IMG/VR virus record: IMGVR_UViG_3300042914_003763
Coordinates: 1-64,000 of that record
Source of the DNA: a virus
Length of the DNA: 64,000 nt
Strand: one strand, 5' to 3'
The translations under genes were made by a program, and so were the position numbers. Below the pieces are notes generated by a model. That model ran no database searches. It had not been told where the DNA came from and saw only the letters and a program-made list of their open reading frames with translations. Each line of letters begins with the position of its first letter. Positions within the stretch are counted from its first letter, which is position 1. This document shows positions 48,763 through 60,347 of the stretch, in pieces.

Positions 48763-48935
48763 CACAAGAAGAACTATTACAGAAACTCAAAGATGAACTA
48801 AAAAAGTTATTGCAACGCAAAGTAACTGTAACAGAGGTAGAAAAAAATTATGTAGTTGATATAAAAGGGACTCAAATTAAAGTCCCTAAGATAAACAATA
48901 ATGTTGTTAGTAGTAATAAGTTAAACAGTAAGTAA
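48759..48935 (+). CDS. Small protein, 58 aa, not in the ORF track
   Basis: ATGA overlap with hub gene; MTQEELLQKLKDELKKLL... Confidence 0.55.
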   Translation: MTQEELLQKLKDELKKLLQRKVTVTEVEKNYVVDIKGTQIKVPKINNNVVSSNKLNSK

Positions 48936-48985
48936 AACAATAGCGGCGTAACAGTTGTAGTTGATTCGCCGCTTAGTTAATTATC

Positions 48986-49300
48986 TTATTTTTCTACCTT
49001 TATTTCACTAACAGTTTTCTTCATTTCACTAGCAATACGATATGCTATTTCATCAATACTTAAATTCTCAATATCATCAATAGGTATTTCCTCTATTTCT
49101 ATATCACTAAACATTTCTTCTAGTTCAGCTTTACGTTGTTCTAGTACAGTTACATCGTATGACAATTTAATGCACTTAATAAATGTGATTGCTGTTGCAA
49201 TAACTAGTTTAGATAATCCACTTACTTTAATGTAAGTCTTATTAGCTATAACTTTAGCTTTGAGTTTAGTTAAATTAGTCTTGAATTGCTCTAGAGACAT
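48986..49300 (-). CDS. Hypothetical protein
   Basis: ORF; hairpin AGCGGCG...CGCCGCT at about 48942-48974. Confidence 0.55.
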   Translation of the reverse strand: MSLEQFKTNLTKLKAKVIANKTYIKVSGLSKLVIATAITFIKCIKLSYDVTVLEQRKAELEEMFSDIEIEEIPIDDIENLSIDEIAYRIASEMKKTVSEIKVEK

Positions 49301-49405
49301 TAGCTGTTCCCTTAATGATGTACTTTACTTTGATATTATAGCGTTAGTCTAGTTAATCTTATTACTAGAGTACCTGCCGGAAAAGAGATAGAAAATAAAG
49401 GACGA

Positions 49406-49993
49406 TTAATCAGCTAATGAAACATTTAATATTTTTTCTATCTCTTGTTGTATTCCCCATACATCATTATCTTGTTGTGAATATGGAGTTATATTATTAC
49501 GTGCTAATTGAATTAATTGTTTAATTAAATAACTGTGATTAGTATTACGTTTTTGAAGTTTATATTCTAAGTTTCGTACTTGATCTCTTAACTCATCATT
49601 CTTTTCTTCTAGTTCTGTTACTTTAGATTCAAGTTCATCTATTCTCTTATCGTAATTACTACTACCATTACAAAGTAACTCATATACTTTAGCTAATACG
49701 TCACTTGATATATGTTGTAAGTCAACTTCTTCTATATCATTAATTAACTTTTTACGTAATTGATTAACTCTTAACTCCTCTAATTGTTTAGGTGTTGGTA
49801 AATAAATATGAGGATTATCTAACCAATTGTATTTATTTTTAGGTCTAATTAAATTACCAGTTTCCTTATTGAACTTATTACTACCACATATTATTTGTGT
49901 CTTAGTAACATGAGTTACTGTAATCAAACGTGTGCTAACTCTAGTTGCATAAACAACAGTATCACCAACTATTACATTATCTAAGTTATTCAT
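49406..49993 (-). CDS. Hypothetical protein (SH3-like N-terminus, coiled coil)
   Basis: VGDTV...VTKTQI...KFNKETG; GGAG RBS upstream. Confidence 0.65.
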   Translation of the reverse strand: MNNLDNVIVGDTVVYATRVSTRLITVTHVTKTQIICGSNKFNKETGNLIRPKNKYNWLDNPHIYLPTPKQLEELRVNQLRKKLINDIEEVDLQHISSDVLAKVYELLCNGSSNYDKRIDELESKVTELEEKNDELRDQVRNLEYKLQKRNTNHSYLIKQLIQLARNNITPYSQQDNDVWGIQQEIEKILNVSLAD

Positions 49994-50055
49994 TTACGTC
50001 TCCTAAATTAAACTACTACAATGAATAGATAGAACAAACAATAACACATTACGGT

Positions 50056-53000
50056 ATGACTTATACAAGTTACGCTTCTGGGAGATCAACCTTACCAATA
50101 TCAGGTAACACTTTTGTAGTTACTAACAATGGTAACTTAGGTGTAACAGGAACTTATTATGTAGGACTAATAGCAGAGAATCGTGTTGGTTTATCACTAA
50201 CATCAACATTAACTGCTGTTACGTTAACTACAACAAGTAAATTAACTATTACATTACCTACAATATTAGCTGGTGAAGACTGGCAAAACATTATTATTGG
50301 TGCATCATTAACTAATGATGTTACTACTTTAACTCAAATAGCTAGTGTGAGTAAAGTAGATTTTTCTACCCCTCTTGTATTAACTACTAATCAAGTATTC
50401 AAATTAACGTTAGTTGAACGTACTGTAGCTAATCCTGCGGCATTACCTGTAACACCAGAACAAGGTTTATGTCGTTACATTACATCACTTAACTACTATT
50501 ACAAGTATGACAAGTATAGTGATAAGACTGTTGATAACCTTAATGTACTTAACGCTACAACTGGTAGATGGTTACGAATTGGATCAATAAGTACATATCA
50601 AAGTAACACTAGTTCAAGTGGTGGTTGTGATGTTGATGTAAGAACACCTAACTTAACTGTTGTTACTCCTAATTACTTGTGTGATGGTAGTACAGGAGAG
50701 GGTGTTTTATATTGGTTACGTAATGATGGAGATGATGACATTCCTAGTGGTACTAGAATTAGTTGTCTTATTAGATTAGGAGATGAAGATTACTCTCAAC
50801 GTTTCAGCGGAATGTTTGAGTTAGAAATAATGGGTTATGTTAACTTAACCAGTGCTGTTCTTGATATAACAGCGAGTAGTAATCCAATAACTTATGATCC
50901 TAAAGTTGAATGGTTAACATTAACTGAAGATTTACAACCTAATAATGCAGTAGTAATTAAAGTATCACCTCAATTTCGTGCCGAACAATTAAGTGGTGCA
51001 ATTCCATATAATGCTGCTATTAGTGCTTACTTACAGTTTTCACCAACTACAGGTATTTACACACCTGGAGTATTTGGTAACTTGATTTATCAAGATAGAA
51101 ATAAATGGCGCATTGTTCCTAATACTGGTTTATCACTATTACGATTAGCTGGTAGTGGTATTGTTGCTAAACAGGAACTTAATGCTCTTGGTGATTACAT
51201 TGTTACAGGACTTACTGCTAATACTGCTAACCAGAATATTTTTCTATCTAGTAACGGTACTGCTTTTGTTAATGCAGCTAATACATTAGATGGTGTTGCT
51301 AAACGTTGTAAGGTCAGTACAGTTAATGGCACTGGTATTGTAACTAGTTATGGTAATGTTAACTTAGATAACACTAAACAACTAACAGTAACAGTTAATT
51401 ATCCTACTGCAATAAGAAGTGATTATCCTGATACGTTAATAGCAGGATTAAATAAAGGTAAGTTTAATGCAAGTAAAGTTGTTATATATATTAAGAACAG
51501 TAGTAACCAGTATTTCAAAATAGAAAAAATTATAACTCCTAATGTAACAAGTGATAGTTGGACTGTTGATTATAGTGAGTTCTCAAGTGCGGCGTTACCA
51601 TCTGTAGATAATAACTTTGGATTGTACAAACCTACTTCAGTTACACCAACTACTACTACTGTTGCATCTACTTTTACAAGTGGTAGTTACGAAGTGTTAA
51701 TTGCGTTTGTTTATAGTGGAGTAGTTACAGTAATTGATCATAGTGTTAGCGAGTTGTATGAAATTACTGCTGATCTACAAACTATATTTGAAACAGTAGC
51801 TACAGTATGGTATAGCGATAATGGTATTCCAAGTAATTCATTAGGTGAAAACGGCGCATATTATCTTAACTATGATACTGCTAATATTTATAAGAAAGTT
51901 AATGATACTTGGGTGTTAGATGGTAATATTAGCGTTAGTACACCATCATTTGGAACTATTGCCGTTAGTGGTCAGAGTAATGTAGTAGCTGATAATAGTA
52001 ACGACACCTTAACTCTTGTAGCAGGAACAGGTATTACATTAACTACTAATGCAACAACTGATGCTATTACTATTACTGGAACTAGTGTTAGTAATACATT
52101 TAGCACTATTGTAGTAGCAGGACAATCTAACATAGTTGCTGATAGTGGAACTGATACATTAACTATTGAAGCTGGGAGTGGTATTACTTTAACTACTAAT
52201 GCAACTACAGATACATTGACTATCGCTAGTAATGTAGCTAACAATACTTTTTCTACCTTATCTGTACCAGGACAAAGTGATATAGTTGCCGATACTTCTT
52301 CTGATACTTTAACTATAGTTGCTGGTAGTGGTATTACTTTAACTACTAATCCTACAACCGATACGTTAACTATCACAGGTAGTAGTGTTAGTAATACGTT
52401 TAGTACAATTGCAGTTAGTGGTCAATCTAATGTAGTAGCTGACAGTGCTAATGATACTCTTACATTAGTTGCTGGTACAGGAATGACTATTACAACTGAT
52501 GCAACTAGTGATACTATTACGTTAGCTACTAGTGGAACTAGCGCAACTGTTAATGTTGGTACTGTAACTACACTTAACCCTAATCAATCTCCTACTGTAA
52601 CTAATACTGGAACTACAAGTGCTGCTGTATTAGCATTTGGATTACCATCTGCTCCAACTACATCTATTGGAACTGTTAGTACATTAAGTGCTGGATCTAG
52701 TGCTACAGTTACTAATACAGGAAGTAACGGTAATGTTGTACTTAACTTTGGTATTCCACAAGGAGCAACTGGAAATGTAAGTTCTACTCCTAATTTAACA
52801 TTAAGTGAAGTATCTGTAGCACCGGCGACTTTAACAAATGAATTAAAAGTTTTTAACAAGAATAATGCTTTATTTCTTAAATTAGAAAGTGATGGGGCTG
52901 AATCAGAAATAGCTCTTAAAAAATCAAGAAAAGATATTAGTATTATATCAAGTTCTTTATTTAATGCAGCCCATCAACAAACTACATTTACGGCTAGTCC

Positions 53001-53313
53001 TGGATTTATTTGTTATGGGATTGCTACAGATAAACCTGCTAGAATAAGATTGTATAATAATACAACTAAACAAGCCGCAGATGTTGGTAGGATTATTCCT
53101 TCTACATTACAAGCTGCTTTAGATTTTAATGCTAGTGGTGCTGGTTTATTGTTAGATGTTGTAACCACTGTGTCACTATTAACTATTCCTTTATCGCCAA
53201 TAGTTAATATTGCAACATTACCAAGTTCAACATCTATTCCAATTACAATAACCAATCTTTCTGGATCAACAGGAACAGTACAAGTAACTTTAACAATAAT
53301 GGAGATTGAATAA
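50056..53313 (+). CDS. Tail fibre / receptor-binding protein
   Basis: 1085 aa, Thr-rich; PSNSLGENGAYY; four tandem repeats; GTVTTL/LNFGIPQG linkers. Confidence 0.8.
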   Translation: MTYTSYASGRSTLPISGNTFVVTNNGNLGVTGTYYVGLIAENRVGLSLTSTLTAVTLTTTSKLTITLPTILAGEDWQNIIIGASLTNDVTTLTQIASVSKVDFSTPLVLTTNQVFKLTLVERTVANPAALPVTPEQGLCRYITSLNYYYKYDKYSDKTVDNLNVLNATTGRWLRIGSISTYQSNTSSSGGCDVDVRTPNLTVVTPNYLCDGSTGEGVLYWLRNDGDDDIPSGTRISCLIRLGDEDYSQRFSGMFELEIMGYVNLTSAVLDITASSNPITYDPKVEWLTLTEDLQPNNAVVIKVSPQFRAEQLSGAIPYNAAISAYLQFSPTTGIYTPGVFGNLIYQDRNKWRIVPNTGLSLLRLAGSGIVAKQELNALGDYIVTGLTANTANQNIFLSSNGTAFVNAANTLDGVAKRCKVSTVNGTGIVTSYGNVNLDNTKQLTVTVNYPTAIRSDYPDTLIAGLNKGKFNASKVVIYIKNSSNQYFKIEKIITPNVTSDSWTVDYSEFSSAALPSVDNNFGLYKPTSVTPTTTTVASTFTSGSYEVLIAFVYSGVVTVIDHSVSELYEITADLQTIFETVATVWYSDNGIPSNSLGENGAYYLNYDTANIYKKVNDTWVLDGNISVSTPSFGTIAVSGQSNVVADNSNDTLTLVAGTGITLTTNATTDAITITGTSVSNTFSTIVVAGQSNIVADSGTDTLTIEAGSGITLTTNATTDTLTIASNVANNTFSTLSVPGQSDIVADTSSDTLTIVAGSGITLTTNPTTDTLTITGSSVSNTFSTIAVSGQSNVVADSANDTLTLVAGTGMTITTDATSDTITLATSGTSATVNVGTVTTLNPNQSPTVTNTGTTSAAVLAFGLPSAPTTSIGTVSTLSAGSSATVTNTGSNGNVVLNFGIPQGATGNVSSTPNLTLSEVSVAPATLTNELKVFNKNNALFLKLESDGAESEIALKKSRKDISIISSSLFNAAHQQTTFTASPGFICYGIATDKPARIRLYNNTTKQAADVGRIIPSTLQAALDFNASGAGLLLDVVTTVSLLTIPLSPIVNIATLPSSTSIPITITNLSGSTGTVQVTLTIMEIE
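51946..52530 (+). repeat. Four tandem repeats of about 50 aa in the tail fibre
   Basis: FSTIxVxGQSxxVADxxxDTLTxxAGxGITLTTNxTTDTLTI four times. Confidence 0.85.
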
Positions 53314-54110
53314 TGCCTAATGCAGTAATTACATCAACTACATTCAGTGCCGATGGTACTCAAGCATCTATCATAAATCAACTTAATACAGCAATGTTAA
53401 CGGCTGGGTTTACTCAGATTGATAGTTTTGTGACGGCAGGTAACGAACAAAGGGTATGGCAATTTGATGCAGATCCTGCTGATACCTTATATGGTAAAAT
53501 GACAATTCACGGGGGTTTCAGTGCTACTACCACTTTACGAGTAAGAGGATATTCTTCATATACACCTGCCACAGATTCAGGACTGAATGAAAGCACTACA
53601 TCATCAACAGGTGCAGCAGCTTTAACTTCAACCTACACTTTGTACATCTGCAATCATCCCGAAGTAAGAGGTGTAATCATGATGGAAGGTTCAACATTCA
53701 GGAAGTTTTTTGGTTATATGCGACCATCGGTTAAACCACCTGCTTGGGGTGATTTTACTTATGGTTTTATGGATTCAGGTACAAACCCTTATGTTTCTTC
53801 ATCTCTACAGACAATATCATCTTTAAGACCTGCTACGGTTAGTGTTTCAATTGGTACTGTCGGATATATTAACAATACTACACCAAACATAGAAATATGG
53901 AATGGGAGACCTTTTATAACCAACTGCTTGCTATCGGACATCACAAATACAAAACCTATCGCTTTTTTTAGCAATGATATTATCTCTGTAGGTATGTCAG
54001 GAATGAATATTTTAAATGAATTTTTTAATCCTATAACTAACTCTACCTATACTATCTTTGATAATCCAGGAGCTTCATCCAGAATGGCAATAAAAACAGC
54101 AGGAGCGTAA
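53313..54110 (+). CDS. Tail-fibre-associated protein
   Basis: Coupled to the fibre gene; beta-rich. Confidence 0.55.
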   Translation: MPNAVITSTTFSADGTQASIINQLNTAMLTAGFTQIDSFVTAGNEQRVWQFDADPADTLYGKMTIHGGFSATTTLRVRGYSSYTPATDSGLNESTTSSTGAAALTSTYTLYICNHPEVRGVIMMEGSTFRKFFGYMRPSVKPPAWGDFTYGFMDSGTNPYVSSSLQTISSLRPATVSVSIGTVGYINNTTPNIEIWNGRPFITNCLLSDITNTKPIAFFSNDIISVGMSGMNILNEFFNPITNSTYTIFDNPGASSRMAIKTAGA

Positions 54111-54111
54111 T

Positions 54112-54309
54112 ATGGAAGGTTTGTTTTATCTAAATTCTTATGTTGTAGGTGTTATAAGAAGAACAGCAAATCCATTCTTGAATACATATACGTCAGCAAT
54201 TAGAAAACAGACAGGAACTTTTTCATTAATAGGTACGGGAGGTGGTGAATCTACATCTGTAACTGTACCAACTACAGGGCAAATTTATCCACGAACGATA
54301 AATATTTAA
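54112..54309 (+). CDS. Small tail-associated protein
   Basis: GGGEST...PTTGQIYP C-terminus; GGAG RBS; hairpin at about 54318-54340. Confidence 0.5.
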   Translation: MEGLFYLNSYVVGVIRRTANPFLNTYTSAIRKQTGTFSLIGTGGGESTSVTVPTTGQIYPRTINI

Positions 54310-54345
54310 TGAGTGTCAGTGGGTGAAATTCCCACTTTTTAATAT

Positions 54346-55998
54346 ATGAACGAACGTAAACTAATAGATGAAATTAAGCTATCACTTCAACAAGAAGTTA
54401 TTGCTGGTTATTGGAATGGTAAAGTATTTGTTAGTGATGACAAGAAAACATATACTAACATTATTTCTAACTCTCAACCTATTGGAGTAGGTTTCATAGT
54501 ACCTTATGAGGGTAGATGGTTACTTGTTGTTGGTAATAGTAATAGTGAAGGTAGAAAAAATATTATTAATAGTAAGAGAAGTAGACGTAAACCTTTGATA
54601 GAGGAATTAGTCTATCCTGTTATTACTTTATTTAATATTGATCAAACTTTTGAAAACTCATTTGAAAAAGAAACTAGATGGGTATATTTAGGTGGGAATA
54701 AACCAAGTAATAGATTAGCAGTTAGAAATGGAGAGGATGTGGAGTTTATAAATATTCCTTTTGAGATAGAGGGAGAAGTTACAACAGCAATAAGAGGTTT
54801 TATATCAAGTAAAGATATTTATTTTAAATATAATGTTGGAATGCTAATCACTTTTTTATCAATTATAAATAAACAGAAAATAATGACAACAATAGAATTA
54901 ACTGGAGGTACAGATGTAGGAATGTGTGAGATATATAAAGGTGACGGGTTATGGGAATCAAGTCAATTTATCTCACGAAATCAAATGCACCCCGTCACAG
55001 TAAATGGAGAATTTTTAACATTTTCTCGTTCAGAACAAAATGGATCTGTTTACGCAACTTGGAACGGTAACTTTTCTTGGGAAAGAACAAGTCCATCTCC
55101 ATTGTTTCCCAACCAATTTCCACCATCCTATACAGATACAGTTATTGCGTCCTTACCTGTTTTGAACTTTAAAGAGGATTACTTTTTACAAGATTTAAGT
55201 TTCGTGATAGAGGCTGAGGGCGGCATTCCTTTGAACAATAAAATATATACAGAGGAGACAAACAACATCACTTTAGTTAACAAAAAAACTGGAGCATCAC
55301 GAGCTATTAACTCTGATGATTATATTCGTATAGCTAGTTATTTTACTGATGAAATAACAGATACAAGTGGTGTAATTACCGCTTTATCGAGATATCTGCC
55401 AAATTTGCAACCTGAATACATGATAGGTATGCCAATACTTTTTTATTATGATGATCATTTACATTATGGATTCATAGAAAATGCTGTTATAGTAACTGGA
55501 TTTTCATCCAATGGACGGGAATTTGTAGATCAAGGATTGAGAGTAACAATGTCATTTACTAAAAAAGTAAAACGTCCTTGTAGCTTCATTGGATTAATAG
55601 GACACAATGGTTCTTTCTTCAATTATTTCTATAAAAATAGCCCAGGGTTTATAAGATTAAGACCAGATTTTATAGGTTTTGATAATATAGAAGTTTTTTG
55701 TGGCCAATACGAAAAATTTACAAACATAAATGATAGTCACTTACTTCATTTAGATTGTACTAGGATAGTACATTTAGATACATTAAAAGGTAATAAAATC
55801 TATTCAGTTATATCACCTAGAAAAGATTTAGAAGGAAAAATATTAGGAGAGTTAAAGGATACTGTCTACATAGAAGTCTGGAAGATAACAGAAGACGGTA
55901 AAATACTGTATTCTGACTTGATAACAGCTAATTATAACAACCTCAAAGAATCTCGATTTGATTTTAAAAATATTTATGCACACAATTATGTGTTGTAA
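54346..55998 (+). CDS. Hypothetical protein, possibly tail/host-range
   Basis: 550 aa ORF in the tail region. Confidence 0.6.
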   Translation: MNERKLIDEIKLSLQQEVIAGYWNGKVFVSDDKKTYTNIISNSQPIGVGFIVPYEGRWLLVVGNSNSEGRKNIINSKRSRRKPLIEELVYPVITLFNIDQTFENSFEKETRWVYLGGNKPSNRLAVRNGEDVEFINIPFEIEGEVTTAIRGFISSKDIYFKYNVGMLITFLSIINKQKIMTTIELTGGTDVGMCEIYKGDGLWESSQFISRNQMHPVTVNGEFLTFSRSEQNGSVYATWNGNFSWERTSPSPLFPNQFPPSYTDTVIASLPVLNFKEDYFLQDLSFVIEAEGGIPLNNKIYTEETNNITLVNKKTGASRAINSDDYIRIASYFTDEITDTSGVITALSRYLPNLQPEYMIGMPILFYYDDHLHYGFIENAVIVTGFSSNGREFVDQGLRVTMSFTKKVKRPCSFIGLIGHNGSFFNYFYKNSPGFIRLRPDFIGFDNIEVFCGQYEKFTNINDSHLLHLDCTRIVHLDTLKGNKIYSVISPRKDLEGKILGELKDTVYIEVWKITEDGKILYSDLITANYNNLKESRFDFKNIYAHNYVL

Positions 55999-56083
55999 TA
56001 ATAACATTATTAATTTTGTGTCATATGATTACAGTTATCATCCTGCATAATAGTAATAGATAACATATTAAATTAATGTAACT

Positions 56084-57439
56084 GTGAATAACTTATTTCT
56101 AACTTCCAAGATTACAGCATTAACAACAGGAGTAGTACAAACTTTAAGCAATCCTAATAAACATACAATAAAAGAATATAAGGAAACATTACGTAATCCT
56201 TGGTTACGTGCTTGCATTAGAATGAAAGGTCAACGTGCTGCTAACTCAATAGGAGAATACCAATTTAAGAATAAAGAGATAGAAAAATGGGTTAAAAATA
56301 ACATTAACAACGTACATGGTAACTTACGTGAATTAGTTGGTGTGTTAGCTAGTGGTGCTAGTGCATTTGGACATATGGCAGTTGAAACAGCTAAGGAACG
56401 TAAGTACGGTAATAAGTTCCGTAAAATTGAATGGCACTTAGGTGGATTTAACGTATTAGATCCTGAACGAGTACATTATGCAGGTAACTATGGCGCAATT
56501 AGTTATGTTAAATATCAAGATGCTGTTAGAGAATTATATATACCTTATGAAAAATGTCTTCATATTACTAACTCAGGAACATTAGACTTTAATAATGGTA
56601 GTGTTTATGGCGATCCAGATTGTGAAGTAGCTTTTCCTTACGTTAAGTTGTATAACATTATAATGTCTGAAATGGCTATTAGTGCTAAGACATTAGCTAC
56701 TGGTATTATTGTTGGATTAGCAGATGGAGATAATACAGTTTACTTGTATGACAATAACGGTGATCCGTTACGTGATAGTAATAACAACTTAATCAAACGT
56801 AATGCAGTACAACATCTAGCTGATCAACTAAAACAACTAGAAAATAGAAGTCATATTGTTACGGATAAGAAAAATAGTGTTGTACCATTACAAATACCAG
56901 CAGGTGAACAGTTCTGGACAATTAGCGAGAATATGTTGAAACGTAATATATTTGCTAGTTGCGGTGTTCCAGTAATGGTATTTGATGAAGGTAGTAGTGC
57001 AATAGCTACTGCAACATTAAGTGTGAAACAAGAAACAACTCTTGATACCACTATTGCTGATATAGTGGCGCAAATTAAGGATCAATTGATAGAAAAAGTT
57101 ATACGTCCGTTGATTGTTGCTAATTTTGGTAAGCAATCCGACTATGGCGATTTCGTAGTTCAAGCAAGCGCAGATCCAGCACAAGACAGCTTAATAACCA
57201 GCAACTTGATGACAGCATTCAGTCTTGGATTGTTACAATCAAGTGATATTGATGCAGTTAACGCATTACGTGAAAGGTTGAAACTACCACCTGTAACACC
57301 CGAACAACAGCAACAACAAGCACAAATGACAGCTATGTTACAACAATTGCAACAACCTGCTGCACCTGAAGCTGACCCTAATAGTCAACCTCAAGAACAA
57401 CAGGATGAAAGTTATGATCAGCAATATCTAGCAGCGTAA
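56084..57439 (+). CDS. Probable portal protein (Mu gp29/DUF935-like)
   Basis: LRACIRMK, FGHMAVE, VYGDP, LIEKVIRPLIVANFG, LRERLKLP; 451 aa; no other portal candidate in the window. Confidence 0.75.
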   Translation: MNNLFLTSKITALTTGVVQTLSNPNKHTIKEYKETLRNPWLRACIRMKGQRAANSIGEYQFKNKEIEKWVKNNINNVHGNLRELVGVLASGASAFGHMAVETAKERKYGNKFRKIEWHLGGFNVLDPERVHYAGNYGAISYVKYQDAVRELYIPYEKCLHITNSGTLDFNNGSVYGDPDCEVAFPYVKLYNIIMSEMAISAKTLATGIIVGLADGDNTVYLYDNNGDPLRDSNNNLIKRNAVQHLADQLKQLENRSHIVTDKKNSVVPLQIPAGEQFWTISENMLKRNIFASCGVPVMVFDEGSSAIATATLSVKQETTLDTTIADIVAQIKDQLIEKVIRPLIVANFGKQSDYGDFVVQASADPAQDSLITSNLMTAFSLGLLQSSDIDAVNALRERLKLPPVTPEQQQQQAQMTAMLQQLQQPAAPEADPNSQPQEQQDESYDQQYLAA

Positions 57440-57555
57440 TCAAGAGATAGAGAAAATAAGGTGCATTTAGAGGATGCTGCTATTTAATCATTATTTGTAA
57501 TTGCTTATCATAACTACTCCCGTATTGTTTCTTTACATTCTTGTAACCAGATGTT

Positions 57556-58974
57556 TTAATCTTCATCTGTGTATTCTATTTCGACATTTTCTTCAGAATT
57601 ATGTTCTTGTAACTCGATGTAACTTGTTACACTATTATTTTCCAAATTAAATTCAATTACTTCAAGTAAGTCTTTTTTGTGATAGATAAAGCAACCATGA
57701 TTCTCTGTGTAAATAATAATCCACTCATCATCAACTTCACTAACAAACGATCTGACCCAACAACCTCTACTACCATCAACGTGCATCCAATGTACTTGAT
57801 TAGTAAAGTCATCATAAGTTAAATTACTTTCCTTATGCCTTGCAAAATCCGTAACGTCTAAATAACTCATCATAAATACTTTTTCACTCCTAACTTACCT
57901 TCTTTTCCATGACCATTACTAACGTTATATAACTGATAAACCTTATTATCATTACGATAAATACCACAACGTTCGTATTTAATTAACAAATCATCTAACG
58001 CAACAAATAGATAACTTACATCACCTTCATACAATGTGTATTCTTGGTTGAATACGTCATCTAAAACTTCACTAACAGTTGTTACAATCATAGTTTTTAT
58101 AATAGATAGAAAAATAATGGTGCGGCGTTCAATCTAATTCGCCGCTTACTTGTGAATTACTTAACTACTTTAATGCTGTTATCTTTCAACAACAACATTA
58201 CTTCATCTAACTTACTTTTTTCTACCTCTATTAAGATAGTTGTAGTTGTTTGTTTTTTCTTCCATAACTTAAACGCTGATTCAAACTCAATTCTAAAATT
58301 AACAGCATCATTAACAAAGTAACCTAACTCTGTTAATTCGTATTCTTCATCGTCATTAAGTACCCATATATTAGGATACTTATCACAATCCCATAATATA
58401 TCTGCTGGTAATTCAAATGTATCGTCATTCCAAAACTGTTTAATTTCACTACCTAATACTTTCATAACTAATCTCCTAATTTAATTAATGTATCTCTAAT
58501 CGTAATTAGTCTTCTTGTGGTGTCGGTACAAATTTATAATTTAACTTCAATAAATTTTGCATAGTAGCATAACCAGGACTACCATTATGTTCTTTGTAAT
58601 CGGGTATTGCTAATGAATGTTCGTTATATCTAACACCATTAGCACCTGTTTCAGTAACATCAACATACAATATTAAGTTACCACTACTTTCACGTCTCCA
58701 TTGCATTAATTTACTGTGGGACATAATACACTCCTACAATTACGTTATTGTTATACATATTGTCATAAGTTAAGTTAGTAACTTGTAGTTGTAATTCTTG
58801 ATTAGCAATTGAAAGATTAGTTGCTAACTTAACAAAGTGTTTAGCTAGATTAGCTAATTCTTCCTTACTACACTTACCACTGTCAATATGATCAAGTAAC
58901 TTAACTTCATTAATCTTTGTTTGTAACTTTGACTTAGCTAAGATATCATCCATGATTAGTAACTCCTTGTTCAA
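57556..58974 (-). CDS. Run of five small hypothetical genes (57556-57873, 57870-58091, 58157-58465, 58506-58724, 58711-58974)
   Basis: Tightly packed co-oriented ORFs, several overlapping, some with GGAG RBS. Confidence 0.6.
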
Positions 58975-59425
58975 TTAGATAACACATTCCTATAGCAGCA
59001 CTATCACTACTATGATCAGATAGAAAAATAGACTTATCAACTTTAAAATAATTAGCAGCGTTACTAGCTACTAATTCTTTATCAGCTTTACCATCTCCTG
59101 TTACTTGTTTCTTTATATGAGTAGCACTATATGAAATTATAGTAGCACCAACTTTAGCAGCATTAAGTTTAATAACACCTAATGCTTGACTAATGTTAGT
59201 ACCATTAACACCTCTACCAATGAAACAAGGTTCTTCATACACAAATACTTCAGGTTTGTACTTATTAAATAACTCGCCGTACTTGTTATCTATATTAAGT
59301 AACTTATCCTGAAGTAATTTGTGTTTACTAACTACATCACCTACTTCTAATATAGTTAAGGTTGTTGTGTCAATAACACAGTAACTATTATTTATAACAC
59401 CACAATCAGTTCCGATTAATATCAT
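58946..59425 (-). CDS. ruvC: RuvC-like Holliday junction resolvase
   Basis: ILIGTDCG, FVYEE, IKKQVTGDGKADK, DHSSDSAAIG. Confidence 0.88.
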   Translation of the reverse strand: MILIGTDCGVINNSYCVIDTTTLTILEVGDVVSKHKLLQDKLLNIDNKYGELFNKYKPEVFVYEEPCFIGRGVNGTNISQALGVIKLNAAKVGATIISYSATHIKKQVTGDGKADKELVASNAANYFKVDKSIFLSDHSSDSAAIGMCYLIEQGVTNHG

Positions 59426-59576
59426 AATGATATTACAATAAGGTAATTGTTAATATCATAACAATATTAATCAATCAATCTTCTAACGCTCATTGTAATA
59501 CTTTATTAAATTACTCTACTTTATCAATAGTTCCATTAAGTGCGGCGATCAACTCTTCTACTGTTATTAGTTTCAT

Positions 59577-60071
59577 TTATTTTCTCCTCACATAGTCAAC
59601 ATAACTGTAACCATCATTCATTACTGTTTTTTCTATCTCCCATTCGCTATTCACGAATCGAAAATAAGTATCAGCATCGGGAAAATCTTGAAAAATATGA
59701 GTAATATACATCTTCTCCACATGAGGTAGAAAAATATTGTATATCTGTGAACCACCAATTACAAACACATCTTTCTTGAAACTTTTAGCAAGTTGTAATG
59801 CAGTAGCAGGATTATTAACATAGTACAACTTACCAAAGTCATCAGTGCTAACATCGTAGTTCAAAGCTGATGATGTGAGTACGATATTGATACGATTAGC
59901 GAGTCTCTGACCACCCAAATCGCCATCAAAAGTTCTTTTACCTACAATGACAACGGTATCAGTTGTAAGCTGCTTGAATCGTCTCTTATCGTCTCTATTG
60001 TTCCACACCAAACCACCATTAGCACCAAGTTCACCGTTATGTCCAATTGCTGCTATTAAGTTAATCGTCAT
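59577..60071 (-). CDS. folA: Dihydrofolate reductase
   Basis: LIAAIG..G.LG, LVW...D..RFK..T, VGKRTF, L.NR.NIVLT, VIGGSQIY, ADTYF. Confidence 0.93.
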   Translation of the reverse strand: MTINLIAAIGHNGELGANGGLVWNNRDDKRRFKQLTTDTVVIVGKRTFDGDLGGQRLANRINIVLTSSALNYDVSTDDFGKLYYVNNPATALQLAKSFKKDVFVIGGSQIYNIFLPHVEKMYITHIFQDFPDADTYFRFVNSEWEIEKTVMNDGYSYVDYVRRK

Positions 60072-60345
60072 TTTCTTTTTCTACCTCATACATATCAAAT
60101 AAACTTTTTACGTAAAGTAAACCACGTAAATAACCTTCAGTTTCTACAGCATTAATTGTTAGATGATGATCGTTCTTTAGTTCATCAATTAAACGTCTAG
60201 TGTTTTCAATTTCACAATATAATTCTCCATTAACATCTTCGTAGATATCACCTTGTCTAATTAGACTCGCTGTTTTATTTCTAACTAATTGATCAACTTT
60301 CTTATTGATATAAGATTCTAATTCTTGTAGTAAGTTATCTTTCAT
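60061..60345 (-). CDS. Hypothetical protein
   Basis: ORF overlapping the DHFR start. Confidence 0.6.
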   Translation of the reverse strand: MKDNLLQELESYINKKVDQLVRNKTASLIRQGDIYEDVNGELYCEIENTRRLIDELKNDHHLTINAVETEGYLRGLLYVKSLFDMYEVEKENDD

Positions 60346-60347
60346 AA

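Noticed and set aside
50056-55998. Diversity-generating retroelement or invertible fibre cassette
   Set aside because: No reverse transcriptase, TR/VR pair or invertase seen; the fibre repeats are ordinary tandem units
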